This document shows positions 42,677-58,489 of a stretch of DNA of 64,000 nt, in pieces. Both the position numbers and the translations under genes were made by a program. Positions within the stretch are counted from its first letter, which is position 1. Each line of letters begins with the position of its first letter. The stretch lies in assembly GCA_951406725.2 (NCBI GenBank), contig OX597838.1:5580001-5644000 (forward strand), in the 5' to 3' direction. This DNA is from Octopus vulgaris (Eukaryota). Under the pieces are notes generated by a model, which was not told the origin of the DNA, made no database searches, and saw only the letters and a list, made by a program, of their open reading frames with translations.

Positions 42677-44265
42677 GTAACAGCTTAATTTTGATGTTTC
42701 TACAAGGCTAAGAAGCTCAGGTCTCCGTGCTATGGATATGTACATTGTTTAGTTTTTGCTTTGTTGTCTTACCTTTTATTTTCTATGTAATTTTTTATGC
42801 CATGCATAGCGTAATAATCTATTTTCTATATATTGACCAGAATTGTAATTCCTTTTTGTTGGTTATAAATTTGTATATATTTTTATTTTGCTTTTATGTC
42901 TGTCGCAGAGCAACATTATTTTAATGATTGACTCTTTTAATACCTAAACCTATGTTTTGTTTTTATGTCTTAGCTTTTCAAACTTTCGTATATTTTTTAT
43001 TGGAGTAATTTGTCAATTTATTTATGAACATATGATCTGTTAGATTTTTTACTTCGATTAGGAGGTTTTGTTTTGATAATAATAATAACTTGTCAATTAT
43101 TCTTATTTCACTCTTATTTTTAATGGTATAATGGGGTAATTCAGCTGCTTTAATTCAATGTCCGTTCTTCTAGTTGGCGAGACAACAACAACCCATATCG
43201 TTATCTTAAACCTGGGTGTCTGCTCTCGAAAGAATATAATTATGTTCCTTGAAATGAAGCTAAGCCTGACACGACTTTCTAAATACATCGCTTCTCATAC
43301 ATTGTTAAAATGAAAGGGTTGCTAAATGTCTTCAACTGTTACTGTTGCTACCGTTTAAATTTAAAAGACCTCATTGAACCGACTTGTAATAGAAATATTT
43401 CTATGTAGTCAAGTAATTTCGTTGACTATATCTTTAGAAATTATTACTGTTTAGCAAAAAAACCCAGTTCTGCTTGAATTGATATATGAATAAAAGGCGT
43501 TCCAATTATGATTATCGTATCCTTTTGTTTATCTGGTCAGCATTTTATAAAACATTTCCTTCCCGTTTTTAGAAGGTGCAGTGTTATTTAAATGACTGAT
43601 TTCGTTACAATTTCTCGTGAATGGATTGATCCCCTTAATGCTATGTCTTTGGCTGGTATCATACACAGATACATTTCTTAGATGTCCACTCTTTTTATCG
43701 TGTAATACGACTTTTGTCTGTTATTTCTCGTTATTTAATTTTGTGATCCTGACACACGGCAGTTTGAAAGATTCCATGTATTTGGGAGAATTTTATTAAC
43801 AATTCGACATTGGTTATGCAGTAAATGCTTTTAAAATTATCATTCGGCAGCATTCCCTTTTTTTTTCTTTTCATATATTTGTTGGCATGCAAGAGAAGAA
43901 GAGAATGAAACGAAAACAATTTTTTAAATGCAAAAAACAATAAAGCAAAACAAAAAAATAAAAATGATAGAAAAAAACATCACGTTGATAGCATTTTAAA
44001 TGATTTGTAATTTGCAAAGAGACCCATTTTCTCGTCTTTACTCCACGACTGAAGACGAGTTGGAAGTGGAAAACAAAATCGATAAAACAGAAAGATAGAA
44101 AAATCAAAAAACAAAAAAAAAAATTCGCAGAAAGATGAAATAAAATATAAGTTAATACAAAACAGATTTTATTGCTGCTAACACAAAATCGTTTTCCTAG
44201 AGGATTCCGAAGTAGATTGATAAAATTAAAGTGATATCTGTGCAGTTTATCAATGTAGCATTCAG

Positions 44266-44378
<113 letters not shown>

Positions 44379-45589
44379 TTAATGATAAAATGAATGGGAA
44401 AATGAATTGAAAACCCCAAAGAATTTCTCCCCTTTCAATGTTTTATGCCAATCTAGATTCTTTACGTCATTGAGCATGCAATTTCATGAAATAAAATTGC
44501 TTGCCGAAGTAAATCTTTTACAATGAAATATTCCGGTACCGAAGATGTCTGTCGGCTAATTACATAATAACTACTTACACAAGACAAAATTTCTCTTGTA
44601 AAACAGAATCGGTAATTCGTGTACAGACTCCAGAATGTGTGATTATATTTCGATCATTTGTGAAAGAGACGTCTAACTTTTTAAATGAGACATTGTAAGT
44701 GGAAACACTACGTCCATTATGACGTCTTTTTATTATTATTTTTTTGTAGTGTTCAATCTAGTAATTCTCTCAATTATTCCTTTACATTTTTATTGCTCTC
44801 AATCATTGGAAATCGGCCATGCTGGGGCACTGGCTTCAATAGGTTTTAGTCACCAAATCTTCAGTGTTTCGTATGGTAATTATATTACACATACAAACAT
44901 ACTTACACATATACATACATATATAAGTATGTATGTATACATACATATATATACATATATATACATATGTATACATACATATACATACATACATACATAT
45001 ATATATATAGTACACTTGAGATTTACGTCTACCTAAACTTTCTGCACCTCATCTCATTTACACACCAACATTTCACCTGGATTACTACTGGATATACATA
45101 CGGATTTCACTGGAATCTTCCGTTGATGAAAAATCGCTTCAATACACCACCACGTTTGAAACATTTTGAACTTTTTTGAACTTTCTGTTTTTTTCTTAAA
45201 CGGCTTTCTCTTAATCCGTACTCTGTTAGTTTACCCACCTCTCTACGTTTCTTTTCCTTTTCGTTTTTTCTTCTCGTTTTCTCTCCGTTTCTTCTTTCCA
45301 TCTTCTTCTTCTTCTTCTTCTTCTTCTTCTTCTTCTTCTTCTTCTTCTTCTCCTCCACCTCCTCCTCCTCCTCCTTCTTCTTCTTCTCCTTCTGCTTCTT
45401 TCACTTCTGTTTCTTCTTCTCTAACGCTATAACCAAATCTACGGGCGTTTCTAACTTGTCTTCTTGTATTCAAAATCTTCTTTTTTATTTTCGTCGCCTT
45501 TCTCTCTCCCCGTTTTTTGTTTTTCCTTCTTGAATCAGCCAGTCGTCATCATTTCCCGCTATCACCCAAAGCTGTTTCTTTTTTATACT

Positions 45590-45715
45590 CTCTACTTACT
45601 CATGTCCTTTCTGTTGAAGAGTGTAGGTTCGAAACGTAAAATACTTTCTCACCTTTCACGTGTTTGTTATATATACGCCTGTCTCCGTCTTTTGTTTTTC
45701 TGTAAATTTCTGTAT
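45590..45715 (+). mobile_element. Penelope-like terminal repeat with a degenerate minimal hammerhead, ending in (TA)n; related 3' piece at 54535-54590
   Basis: TTT-CTGTTGA-A-GAG tgtagg TTC-GAAACGTA-AAA; shared CCTGTCT..GTC.TTTGTTT.TCTGTAAATTTC. Confidence 0.55.
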
Positions 45716-45742
45716 ATATATGTATATATATATGTATATATA

Positions 45743-45834
<92 letters not shown>

Positions 45835-46095
45835 CACATCCTAGACAAGGGTGGAACATATTTATTAGCTTTGGAGTAGTTAACTCGACGCCAACCTGTT
45901 ATATTATATATATCGCTTATCTATTGTTTCACTTAGTAGATCCCAGTAGTTCCTTTGACTGATTAAGTCTCGTTATTTGTATCTATTTCGTTTGTCTGAC
46001 CATTAAGTTCCAATGGTGTTTATTATACGACACTTGCCCCAAATATTACATACTTGGGAATCAAATCACCCATTAATATACATTCATACAATATA

Positions 46096-46153
<58 letters not shown>

Positions 46154-46162
46154 CATATATAT

Positions 46163-46470
46163 GAACAATTGCAACGGGGAATGTATTTATAAGCCGTTTA
46201 ACAAACACAAAAAAAAAACATTAGATTCACTTCAACATTTGACATGTCAAAATATGTTCGTGCCTTTGAGACCGCGACCCGTTCACTGACAAAAGTCCGT
46301 GCTGCATCAGGGAACAGGTCGCGTTCTCAGAGTGACGAAAATATTTTGACAAATTAAATGTTGAAGTGAATCTAACGGTTTTTGTGTGTTTCTTAAATGG
46401 CTTATAAACACCTTCCACGCTGCAATTGTTTTCGTTCCTGCACACGATCTCAGATAAGATCACTTGCTAT
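46163..46470 (+). mobile_element. Fold-back element next to (TA)n with two hammerhead-like motifs
   Basis: Imperfect ~125-bp arms centred near 46298; tail matches the reverse complement of ~22195-22240. Confidence 0.75.
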
Positions 46471-46610
46471 ATCTAAATAATGAACTGATATTCTCGTATT
46501 TCAGGATAGTAATTTACATTTTTTTTTGTTTTTTTGCCAAATACAAACTTTCACTGTATATCGGTTCTTAACCTATTTATTATTATTTTATTTCATTGCA
46601 TGTCAATTAC

Positions 46611-46659
46611 CTTGAAATCTTTCATCACATATCTGTGATCTCTTCAGAGATTTTTCCAT
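46611..46659 (-). CDS. Putative first coding exon of a CG-1/CAMTA-like gene (MEKSLKRSQICDERFQ; whole exon 46611-46707)
   Basis: Acceptor tttacctgtgacctcatcAG before 46707; ATG at 46659 (cggATGg) with an upstream in-frame ATG-GAA-TAA; donor AAG|gtaatt; ends in phase 1, compatible with the 33695-33740 exon. Confidence 0.55.
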
Positions 46660-48142
46660 CCGACTTCCTGATTATTCCATGCAGAGACACGTAGGATGTA
46701 TGAGTCGCTGATGAGGTCACAGGTAAATGGCGAAAGATTTCCAGACAATAGTCATAAGATGAAATATTAACAATGATAAACGAGTTACGAACGAATATAT
46801 AGCTTGTGACTTTATTTGGAAATAATATAACAATCATTCCGAAAAGTGACGATATCTGTTTCAACACACGATTAGACCTCTTACAAAACAAATTCACCAA
46901 AATAGCAAACTGACTTTCCTATGCAGAAAATCTTTCTAATATCGAAAGACCACAAAGTACAATTCGATGGCAAACAAAATGACGATACATTGCAGTAACA
47001 ACTGAAATGATAAATCCACTCATTATAGAGACATCTGCATCTGTGGATCTTAAAACTCATTACCAAGAACGGAACAGCTTTAATAACAAGCGTCTGGAAA
47101 TATAAACACTATTGTTACATATAAAAACAATTGGCATGGCTGATGGAAATGTATTTCAAGTTCTTTGCCTCTGTTCAATCCTTTTCGCCTTGATGTTAGC
47201 TATATTTATACCATCCCGACTAAACTTGGGTACAAATGATATCGAATGACAATTAAACATGGTTTGTATACGTAAAAAAACAAAAACGTTGTGCGATGTT
47301 GGTATGAAATGAATAAAAGAAGCAAATGAATTCAGGGGGTGGATTTGACATGACTTTGGTTTAGCAAAATGCCACGAGGCAATCTGGAATTAATGAAGTT
47401 TAATAAAACCCATTAATATTAAGTAGATAGGAAACAAAAGAGAAAATTGAACCAAACACAGACTTCTTGATACTTCGTATTTAATTAACTAGACAGAGGA
47501 GAAATAAAATGTTATAAAGGAATATTTGATTCGGGTAAGATAAATAATTAAAAGAAAGCCTAATGCCGAAAATAATGTAATATATATCAATAATCTGGTG
47601 GCTGTTCTATTAAAAGCTATATTTATGATATTCTCAGCTGGCAGTCAATTAACAAGACTAGACATGTAATAAAGTGTTCATTTGAAAGAGACCAGCCGCA
47701 CACGGCATTGATTATATTTACTAAGAATACTGCGTGGTAGAAAAATATCTTATAATATTTAGCGGAGAATTATGCAAATCTATTATAACGAATCAATGGA
47801 GAATACTTTAAATAGCTACAAATGAATGAAGCAAAGAAAACAGATTCCTGTCAAGGTACTGAGGAAATGTGAAACAGAAACCTTCTTCGTCACAAGCTAT
47901 TGTGAAGGGGAAGGAAAAATCTTTGAGGGAAATCCTTTGAAGAAAATATAAAATAAAGTGAAATTGATGTTAAAGACTGCCTTAAGACATTGGAGAGGAA
48001 TATCTTGTTCTTTTCTTTTTTTGCCAATGGCGAATGATATACGAGAAGGAAGAAAATAAAGCGAAAAATGGCTGAACCGCACACAAACGCGTGCGCAAGC
48101 ACATACACTCACGCAAACATATATCTATCGCTTTGTATATAT

Positions 48143-48374
48143 ATTTCTTTACTACCTAAAAGGGTCTAAACAAAGAGGGGACAAACAAGGACAGATACAC
48201 GGATTAAGTCGATTACATCGACCCCAGTGCGTAACTGGTACTTAATTTATCGACCCCGAAAGGATGAAAGACAAAGTCGACATCGGCGGAATTTGAACTC
48301 AGAACGTAACGGCAGACGAAATACGGCTACGCATTTCGCTCGGCGTGCTAATGTTTCTGCCAGCTCGTCGCCTT
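48143..48374 (-). mobile_element. SINE family B
   Basis: Direct similarity to the other family B copies. Confidence 0.92.
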
Positions 48375-48379
48375 TTTCA

Positions 48380-48482
<103 letters not shown>

Positions 48483-48697
48483 ATCTGTTTACGGGAAGCG
48501 TTTTGAATATGCAAATAAGGCACCTATTCCATTATGCCGGCCATAGTGCAATGATGATAATGACTGGTGAAACAGTTTTTGGGTTGCAGCAATCTGTACG
48601 TGCTTAGTGATATATTAAATACTTATAAATACCATCCAAGTATTATTGTTATTATTACTACACACACAAACACACGCGCGCACACACACACATATAT

Positions 48698-48980
48698 ACA
48701 TCCTTTCGGGGTCGATAAATTAAGTACCAGTCGTGCACTAGGATCGATCTAATCGACTTAATCCTTTTGTCTGTCCTTGTTTGTCCCCTGTATGTTTAGC
48801 CGCTTGCGGGCAATAAAGAGATAAGAATCGTTAGCACGCAGGGTGAAAAACATAGAAGTATTTCGTCCTGAGTTAAAATTCTGCATAGGTCGACTTTACC
48901 CTTCATCCTTTCATGGAGGATAAAATAAATACTGGTTGTGTATTGGGGGTCGTGTAATCGACTTACTCCCGCCCTCAGCT
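48698..48980 (+). mobile_element. SINE family B 3' half followed by a diverged family B-like copy
   Basis: CATCCTTTCGGGGTCGATAAATTAAGTACCAG...; a second head begins ~48825. Confidence 0.75.
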
Positions 48981-49977
48981 TGTGTCAAAATCAAAAACAA
49001 TATTTTTCTGCGTGGGCATTTTTGCCGCAAAACATGAATATAAAATTCTCACTTCACGAGTTGATATTAAATTAGAAATGGTCTCCCCCGATAGTAGCTG
49101 CAACCCCCTTATTTTATTTAACATATAGTAAACAAATGCAAATAGAATAACCAATTATGCAAGTCGGCAAAAATGTTGAAAATGATTACAGTTGCTCCAG
49201 GGTCATGAACGAAGAGGAAAAGAACCGAAAATCAAAACATATCCAACTGACAATATTTGAAAAGAAAACAATATATGCATTTAATACAGCTATTTTTTTT
49301 ATCTGCTGATACAAGGCAATAAATTTGCATAACATGAAACTGCTTTCAATTCAGTATTCTTTTTTTTTTAGTTATTTTATATCTATCGATTTTTAAACAC
49401 TTCTTTTCTCCGTGTGATATTTCGGAAAAATGAAGACCTCAATATTATTTTGTTTCGAAGTCTAGACAAGAATCATGTGATTTTATGGGTATTAATACAT
49501 TTTAATATAGAGCTTTCAAATATGGTGGTATTCTTGTGGCATGTATTACAAAGCCATCGCCGCGATATTCTTGCAAACGCATACACATAAATACACGCGC
49601 GCACATCCGCAAACACACCCATAACTAACTAGATTATATAAGATTCAATCAATGTATGTATTGGCTATAATCTTGTGTATATACGCGCTTCCATATTGTC
49701 GACATATATATATATCTATACACCCCAACATATATATATATATATACATACATACATACATTAATACATACACACACACACATATATGTGTATATATATG
49801 TATATATATAATCAAAATAAGCAACAATAATAACTTCGGTAATTTGGTACGATCGTTTCAGGCTACAACATTTTATTAAATGTTGTAAGTATTACAACAG
49901 TTTTAAAATGTTGAGCAATCATCAGCCATTAATAGATGTTTTCCATTAATACATACTTTTCATATCAATTGATAACA

Positions 49978-50212
49978 TTATTAAAATGCATGAGTAGAGA
50001 TATCCCGGAATTACAAGGTGGTTTATATAGAGATGATGCTTTATTTATTGTACCTAGTAACAATAAATCAAACATTGGGAGAATAATAAAGAAAATTAGT
50101 AAAGTTTTCAAAGATTTCAACCCAGGCTTTACGTATGAACCTAACACCAAGATAGTGAATTTTCTAGACGTTACCTTAGACTTAAAAGAAAAGTTACATC
50201 ACCCATTTAGAA
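49978..50212 (+). pseudogene. Penelope-like element reverse transcriptase fragment (catalytic motif)
   Basis: ORF 49936: GGLYRDDALFIV...KKISKVFKDF...IVNFLDVTLDL...HPFR; YRDD and VNFLDVTL are PLE RT motifs. Confidence 0.85.
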
Positions 50213-50916
50213 ATGTGTGTGCGTGTTCCTCGACACTTTCTGCATTTTGTATGCTTCTGTATTCAAATATGTATGTACGTATGTATGTTTATAAATATAT
50301 ACAATCGTAGGACACAAGTAAGTTTACGATTCATTTCTATTCATGTGAGTGTAACTTTGCATGAAAGTATATTCCCTATACACATCTAATTGCATACAAG
50401 ATTTTTACGAAATGAACTGCTATACAATGAAACAACTGAATAAGCCGAATCCGTTTACCATTGTCCGTTGTTCAAGAGCAGAAACTTTTCTTCGTATTTT
50501 GGGTAACTCTGGTGTTAGATTAAGCAGTTTGTTCTAATGACAATAGGTGCGAGTAAGAGCTTTATGTTTGGTGTTACATCTCGATAAATATAATACTTCT
50601 CACCTATGTATGTACGTACGTACGTGTGTATGTATGTATGAATCTATGTTTACTTAATATCTATTTCTATGTGAATATCGGTTTGGCTGAAGATAATACG
50701 TAGTGTACGAATATAACATTTTTTCAAAACTGATATATACGTTTATATAAATACATGTAATATGACTGATAGGTGTCTAGACATTGAAGAAAATGAACAT
50801 TTTTATTTTATGAAAGACTTTATGGACCATCTACATAAAAATCGATAAAAATAATGTCAGCCTATACAGAATGTAGTTTACTGCATTATTTGTTATTATT
50901 GTCAAATATATATGAT

Positions 50917-51219
50917 TTCTTCTTCTTCTTCTTCTTCTTCTTCTTCTTCTTCTTCTTCTTCTTCTTCTTCTTCTTCTTCTTCTTCTTCTTCTTTCCTTCT
51001 CCTTCTTCTTCTTCTTCTTCTTCTTCTTCTTCTTCTTCTTCTTCTTCTTCTTCTTCTTCTTCTTCTTCTTCTTCTTCTTCTTCTTCTGTTCCTTCTCCTT
51101 CTTCTTCTTCTTCTTCTTCTTCTTCTTCTTCTTCTTCTTCTTCTTCTTCTTCTTCTGTTCCTTCTCCTTCTTCTTCTTCTTCTTCTTCTTCTTCTTCTTC
51201 GTTTTCTTCTCCTTCTTCT
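50917..51219. repeat. (TTC)n array
   Basis: Directly visible. Confidence 0.95.
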
Positions 51220-51358
51220 CTAACGCTATAACCAAATCTACGAGCATTTCATACTTGTCTTCTGGCATTCAACACTTACTCTCACTATACAAATCTCCAT
51301 ACAAGTTTGTCTAATAGCAATCTTTAAAATGGGTGTGTCAAGTTTGCTTCCCAGCAGC

Positions 51359-51448
<90 letters not shown>

Positions 51449-51464
51449 CCACAACTCAACTTTG

Positions 51465-51933
<469 letters not shown>

Positions 51934-52377
51934 CTGTGTGTGTTCGTGTGTGCATGTGTATTCTTTTATTCCGTCTTCTGATGCAGACAAAACCTCTGGC
52001 CATGCTGGTGCAACGCCATTAATAGTCACCTTTTCAATGGTCATTGTTTTGTGATTGGGTTTTGGTGAAGGAGGGAATCCAATATTGCTTCCGTGAAGTA
52101 GGTTCAACTAGGACATCGGTCAACAGGAGATCAAGTCGTTCGTAAAAAAATATCTAAACCTATTCCATGTATATGATGTTTTGGCTGCAAGATATTAAAG
52201 CGCTGTGGGCTGTTGAAGATATCACGTATATGTTATACAGCCTCGACGCGATGGATGGGACATTTGGAACAGTGCTCTGATATTCCTGTCGGTGGCAAAT
52301 ATAAGTCTTGATTCCAACGTTTGCTGCTGACCCCTGTTAGATATTTCACATCGACACACACACAAGTACACACACAT

Positions 52378-52409
<32 letters not shown>

Positions 52410-52430
52410 GTGTATATATATATATATAAT

Positions 52431-52657
52431 AAGGCGGCGAGCTGGCAGAAACGTTAGCACGCCGGGCGAAATGCGTAGCCGTATTTCGTCTGCCGTTACG
52501 TTCTGAGTTCAAATTCCGCCGAAGTCGACTTTGCCTTTCCTCCTTTCGGGGTCGATAAATTAAGTACCAGTTACGCACTGGGGTCGATATAATCGACTTA
52601 ATCCGTTTGTCTGTCCTTGTTTATCCCCTCTGTGTTTACCCATTGTGGGTAGTAAAG

Positions 52658-52661
<4 letters not shown>
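52431..52661 (+). mobile_element. SINE family B, full length, within (TA)n (diverged relatives at ~13500, 24790, 30260, 33220, 33470, 34180, 35585, 41980)
   Basis: AAGGCGGCGAGCTGGCAGAAACGTTAGC...GTAAAGAAAT. Confidence 0.93.
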
Positions 52662-52736
<75 letters not shown>

Positions 52737-53948
52737 CATATTTACGTGTGTGTGTGTGTATATATATAAATAGGTGCGTGTGTGAAACTGTATGACCGCG
52801 CATGTCTGTATCTCTGTTTCTTTGTCATATATTCAAAGCTTTGGATATTTTATTTGCTAGAATACAAAGACTAAACATTGTTTTGTTTAATGCAACACTT
52901 ATATCCGAGTTGATAGATATACAAAGTAGTGTACATATATGTATGTTTGTACTTACAAATTGTCCACATAAAAGCGCTTTTGATTCGTCACTGCTTATAT
53001 AAGTTAAGTTTGTAAGTGTATTCCATACACACATGAACATGCGTAGAAAACGTCAACAGTACATCAAATGAAATTTTCGTAGAAGTTTTAAACATTTTCA
53101 TTCTACAATTAAACTACTGAAGAATACGAATCAATTTTGCGGTATTCTTTGCTGCGGAACACCATTGTTTGTAGTCTTTTATACAAACCAGGTGTCACGT
53201 ACCCAGGTCTGTGCTAATGATAATAGATACAATTAAGGACTTTATGTTCCACATTAGTTCTTCACAGATGTTATACGTTCTTCCTATATAATTATATATG
53301 TATGTATGTATACACGAATGTATAAATAGTAGTAGGTATTTATGCGTAAAAACCTGTTTGGATGAAGATAATGCCTAATGTAAGAATATAGCAGTTTTCA
53401 AAACTGATATATACGTTTATATAAACACATGTAATATGACTGATAGGTGTCTAGACATTGAAGAAAATGAACATTTTTATTTTATGAAAGACTTTATGGA
53501 CCATCTACATAAAAATCGATAAAAATAATGTCAGCCTATACATAATGCATTTTACTGTTTTATTCTTTAATATTCTAGAAAATATTTCATTTGATCTGGG
53601 TTTTTTTTCTCTCTCTCTCTCATATACTATAAGCATAACTACGAATTTTTCTTATTTGCAGTTTCAACATTTAGTAACTTATTCTCTATGTACAGATCGG
53701 CATTGGTCTGTTTTTTTTTTAAAATAACCAATGCAGATAAAACTAAAATATATGCTCATGCTAAGTTACCGTCCTCACGTCATGTTTCTAAGTTCAATCC
53801 CAATGTACGGAAACTTGGCAAATAATACTACAACCTCAAGCGAACCAACTCCTTTTCATTCACATTGGTAAATGGAAACTGAAAGAAACCCCCTGTCAAT
53901 AAATAAATATATATGTGTATATATATATTTTTTTTTTTCAAACATTCC

Positions 53949-54070
<122 letters not shown>

Positions 54071-54475
54071 CATATGTGGCACCTCAAAGACCAACTGACC
54101 ACTGGAAAATAATAGGTCATCCAATCAACCAGGTCCACATATTTATGGAAGTGTCTGCTGTAAAATCTGCTTCGGAGAGAGAGCGAAACTTCTTAAAGAC
54201 TATATTAAACCTGGCACGTTAAATAGTTGTAAAGACGTTTTCTCTAAATGTATCCCCCTCGAGCGCTACCTACTGGAAATGTTCAGGTCTATAAGAATTG
54301 TTTTATTCTCTAGTTCAGGGGAGACAACCCGTCCTCATTAACGTTTTTATAAGTTAAGAGTTAAATCTCGATTTATGAGCGTCTACTCTAGTCCGCAACG
54401 TAAGAATGTAGCATTTACATATAATCATAATTTAAGTACGTTGAAATATGTTTATTATCTATTTCAAGTAACTTA

Positions 54476-54534
<59 letters not shown>

Positions 54535-54587
54535 TGGCTGTTGTTCGTACACCTGTCTTTGTCCTTTGTTTCTCTGTAAATTTCAAC

Positions 54588-54632
<45 letters not shown>

Positions 54633-54789
54633 GTGGGTAGATATATATATATATTTAGAGAGAGGTAGAGGGACAGAGAGAAATAGAGATAGGTAGATAG
54701 ATAGATATGTATATATGTATGTATACATATATATATATATACATACGTGTAACATGTAAGACCTTTTGTGGATAGTCAATGCATTATTT

Positions 54790-55300
54790 ATAGCCCTCTA
54801 TCCATCTCGTGAAGGTTTCATGGCAGTCATCCAAAGTGAAAGCTCCAGGACTCTTGTCTCAGTATATGTTATCTTCTTCTTCAACTTGGAGAAAAAATAA
54901 TAGACACAGGGAACAAAGTCTGGACTGTACGAAGAGTGAGCGGTAGATTTGCTGTCCATCGCTATGAAGTAGCTGACTAATGCCTTGTCCCGATACATGG
55001 TTCTGGTCTTTATCGGTGAAATTTCTGCTTGAATTCCTTGAAACCTTCACAAAGGTACCTATGGTGACCCTCTTTCCAGAGAGAATCTAACGCATATAGT
55101 TGATGCCCTTGTTGGCCACAATAGAAACGTCAAGTTTTATTTTCGTTTGACTTGCTTTCCCTGGATTCTAGCGCCAGCAAAATCTGATGCTCTTTTCATA
55201 CGATTCAATCCTTAAGCAGTTTGGAACATTTCAAAAGATTCTGTGGCGATTTTGCCCTATTTAGCACAATACTATATAGCTTAGAGAGCTCCCAGATTGT
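54790..55300 (-). pseudogene. Mariner-like transposase relic
   Basis: HSSYSPDFVPCVYYFFSKLKK (YSPDLAP-D motif) and an N-terminal GKIATESFEMFQTA; internally deleted. Confidence 0.7.
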
Positions 55301-55930
55301 TTTCACAACCCGACAGCATAATGTTTCTGTGGGATTAAGAAAAACACATGACAGGTCCGCTGTATAGAAGTCACATAGTAAAATTAAAATAATATCAGTG
55401 AGATATAACTTTGTTTCTTACGAATGTCTGAAAACTTCTAGAATTTATCTGGTATATACCACGAATAACTTGAAATGGATTCTGTGTGGTAACTGATGAG
55501 TGCTTAAAATAATTTCATTATCAAACATGAATTTATGCTGATATATCATAGAAATATACATACATGAATGCATTCATACATATATAATTTCATACGCACA
55601 CACATACACGCACACACAGACACACACAGAGACTGGCAGACACACACAGAGACTGGCAGACACACACACACATATACACACACACGCATATATATATATT
55701 TCAATCGAAAATACGCATAAAATCTCATCTCTCTTTCTTCCTCTGAACGTTTGAACAGCCATACATGTACACAATGCCACAAACGTAAATGACTTCTCGA
55801 TATATATATATGTGTGTATACATAAACTCATGCACATAGGCAAATATATAAATATACATAAATATTATATATATATATATATATATATAGATAGATAGAT
55901 AGAGAGAGAGAGAGAGAAAGAGAGAGGGAT

Positions 55931-55970
<40 letters not shown>

Positions 55971-56092
55971 GCATATGCATATATGTATATATACACACAC
56001 ATATATTTATAGATTTGAATATATATATATATATATGTATATGCATGTGCACTATGCAAATATTTATTTTAGAATATGTCTACGCACATACA

Positions 56093-56130
<38 letters not shown>

Positions 56131-56271
56131 AATATACATATATATACATATATATGTATGTATGTGTGTATATATAAGTAAGCAGAGTACACATAGCATT
56201 ATAATCAATTGGTAACGCGATAGTGTTATCGTCTTTACGACGTAGCATATAGTCATGTATACACGCACTCC

Positions 56272-56332
<61 letters not shown>

Positions 56333-56393
56333 GTATATATATGCACATATATACATACATATACATACATGAATACATACATACATATATACC

Positions 56394-56446
<53 letters not shown>

Positions 56447-57675
56447 CTCTGCAGATAAATTAATCTTTGTTGCCGGTGCACAACAAATCAAAGCTGATTT
56501 GATAGTTATCCACATATAGACCAGTTCTACTATTTAATCACAAGTTGGAGCACATAAACCAATTTTTATATTTATTGTTTTTATCGTGCAACCAATTAAG
56601 GAACAAAGATAAAGCACCTGCTACTTCATTTATGACAACTACAATTGATCCTTTCATATCCTTCTATTTCCTTTTTTTTGTTTGTTTTTGTCTATGCTTG
56701 TTCTTATTAATCTCACTTCTTTCTCAGGAAATATGGGTGACTTAGCTTTGTATCTCCGCATAATAATTTATCATACGAAACGATTTGTCTCATACCAGCT
56801 ATAAAACGGTTTGTGCGTAATCAGTCATAGACTTTCAGATCTAATTGTTTCTTTGTTGGAGAAAGAAGATTCTGGCAGTTTCTAAGTACAGTTGTAGTCT
56901 ACAGCTGAATGCTGACTTTCGATTCTACTTATTTGTGTCTACTGATGCAAGTAGTAGTTCGCTAAATTCTCATTTTGCGATGTTTTCCAAATCGTGTGAA
57001 GTCGAAATATCATAATGAGGAACAGTGTTTTCATGTTACAATGCTTTTTACGAATGTCTGTGTTATATTTCGAATAGACAGCCTCTTTGTGGTAATCGAC
57101 CGGTTAGTAATATCAATTCTGCCAAGTCTATCAGAGCCGTTTTTATAACTGGAACACAATTATATCAGTAAATGTTGTTAATGCTGGTGAATTATGAGTT
57201 AACGTAGGTCGCCTGATGCTATGGGTGTAAGTTCGTCCGACCTCCATAGATCATAATTCTTCTTAATGAGGACGAACATCGGTTTAACGAAATGCAGTTG
57301 AAATCACCTGATTTGGTCCAAAGAGACGGAGAATCGGAGAAGAGTGATTCGCGTTGGTTTGTCACTCTCCAACAATGGCAATATTTATTAACATAAATTC
57401 ATAAACGGTGTTATTTTGAAAGCACGTTTGAAATTCATGTGAGAAAATATTTTTTAGCATCAGGGCAATGAAACTTTGGAAAGCACATTCTATTGATAAT
57501 GATGATCTAACTATGAACACCTTTAGAAACATTTACAAACTTCACATCTATTTTGAGAAATGTAAACCGATTCCCTGATATTGCAATCATGATTGCAACA
57601 TTTGAAGCTTTAGGGCAGGACGTCTACACGATCTATGCATGCATATTTGCATGTATCTATGCATGTATGTATGCA

Positions 57676-57731
<56 letters not shown>

Positions 57732-57844
57732 TATACACATCATATATATATGTGTATATATGTATATATGCATATATATATATATATATATACATACATA
57801 TACACATACGTCTACACACACACAGACACCCCCACCCACCCGCC

Positions 57845-57900
<56 letters not shown>

Positions 57901-58489
57901 TATGACGAGCTTCTTTGGGTTTCCCTCTACAAACCTATCACAAGGCTTTGGACGACAGGATCTTATAGTAGAAGAAACTTGTTCAAGGTGCGATGCTGTG
58001 GAACTGAACTCGATACCATGTTGTATTGAAGAAAACGCCTAACCACAGAGCCACACCAGCAAATGTCCTTCTTTATAGATTAGATCTTTTCGAGTTCCTA
58101 TAGAAACCTGTCCGTTGTATTTAACTATACAACCTGTAATTCTTTCGAAAATGTTTCAATTCTAAGAGTTTTACTATTTCCAGAACTTTCCACTTACTTG
58201 TCAAATGTAGGATTACTTGAAATAATCCAATTACATTGCGTCTAGATTGGATTTCCCCTGCTTCCGATTGTAGATACCAACACACGATCTCCGTGTTCAA
58301 TGACATTTACTTTATTTTATATGTACTTTCAGCAGTGAAGACAGAAACCTACCAGAACGAATAAATTCTTTTCTTTTTTTATTTAGCGAGGTTCTATTTA
58401 CTTTTCATTATATTGTAAGGATTTCTTTATCAAGATAAATAAAAAAAATATTAAAAAAAAGGAAAAAAAAAAGAAGAAAGAATAAGGAA

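Noticed and set aside
46661-46740. CTGATGA...GAAA hammerhead-like motif on +
   Set aside because: Stems I and II can be drawn but stem III does not pair; it overlaps the predicted minus-strand exon acceptor.
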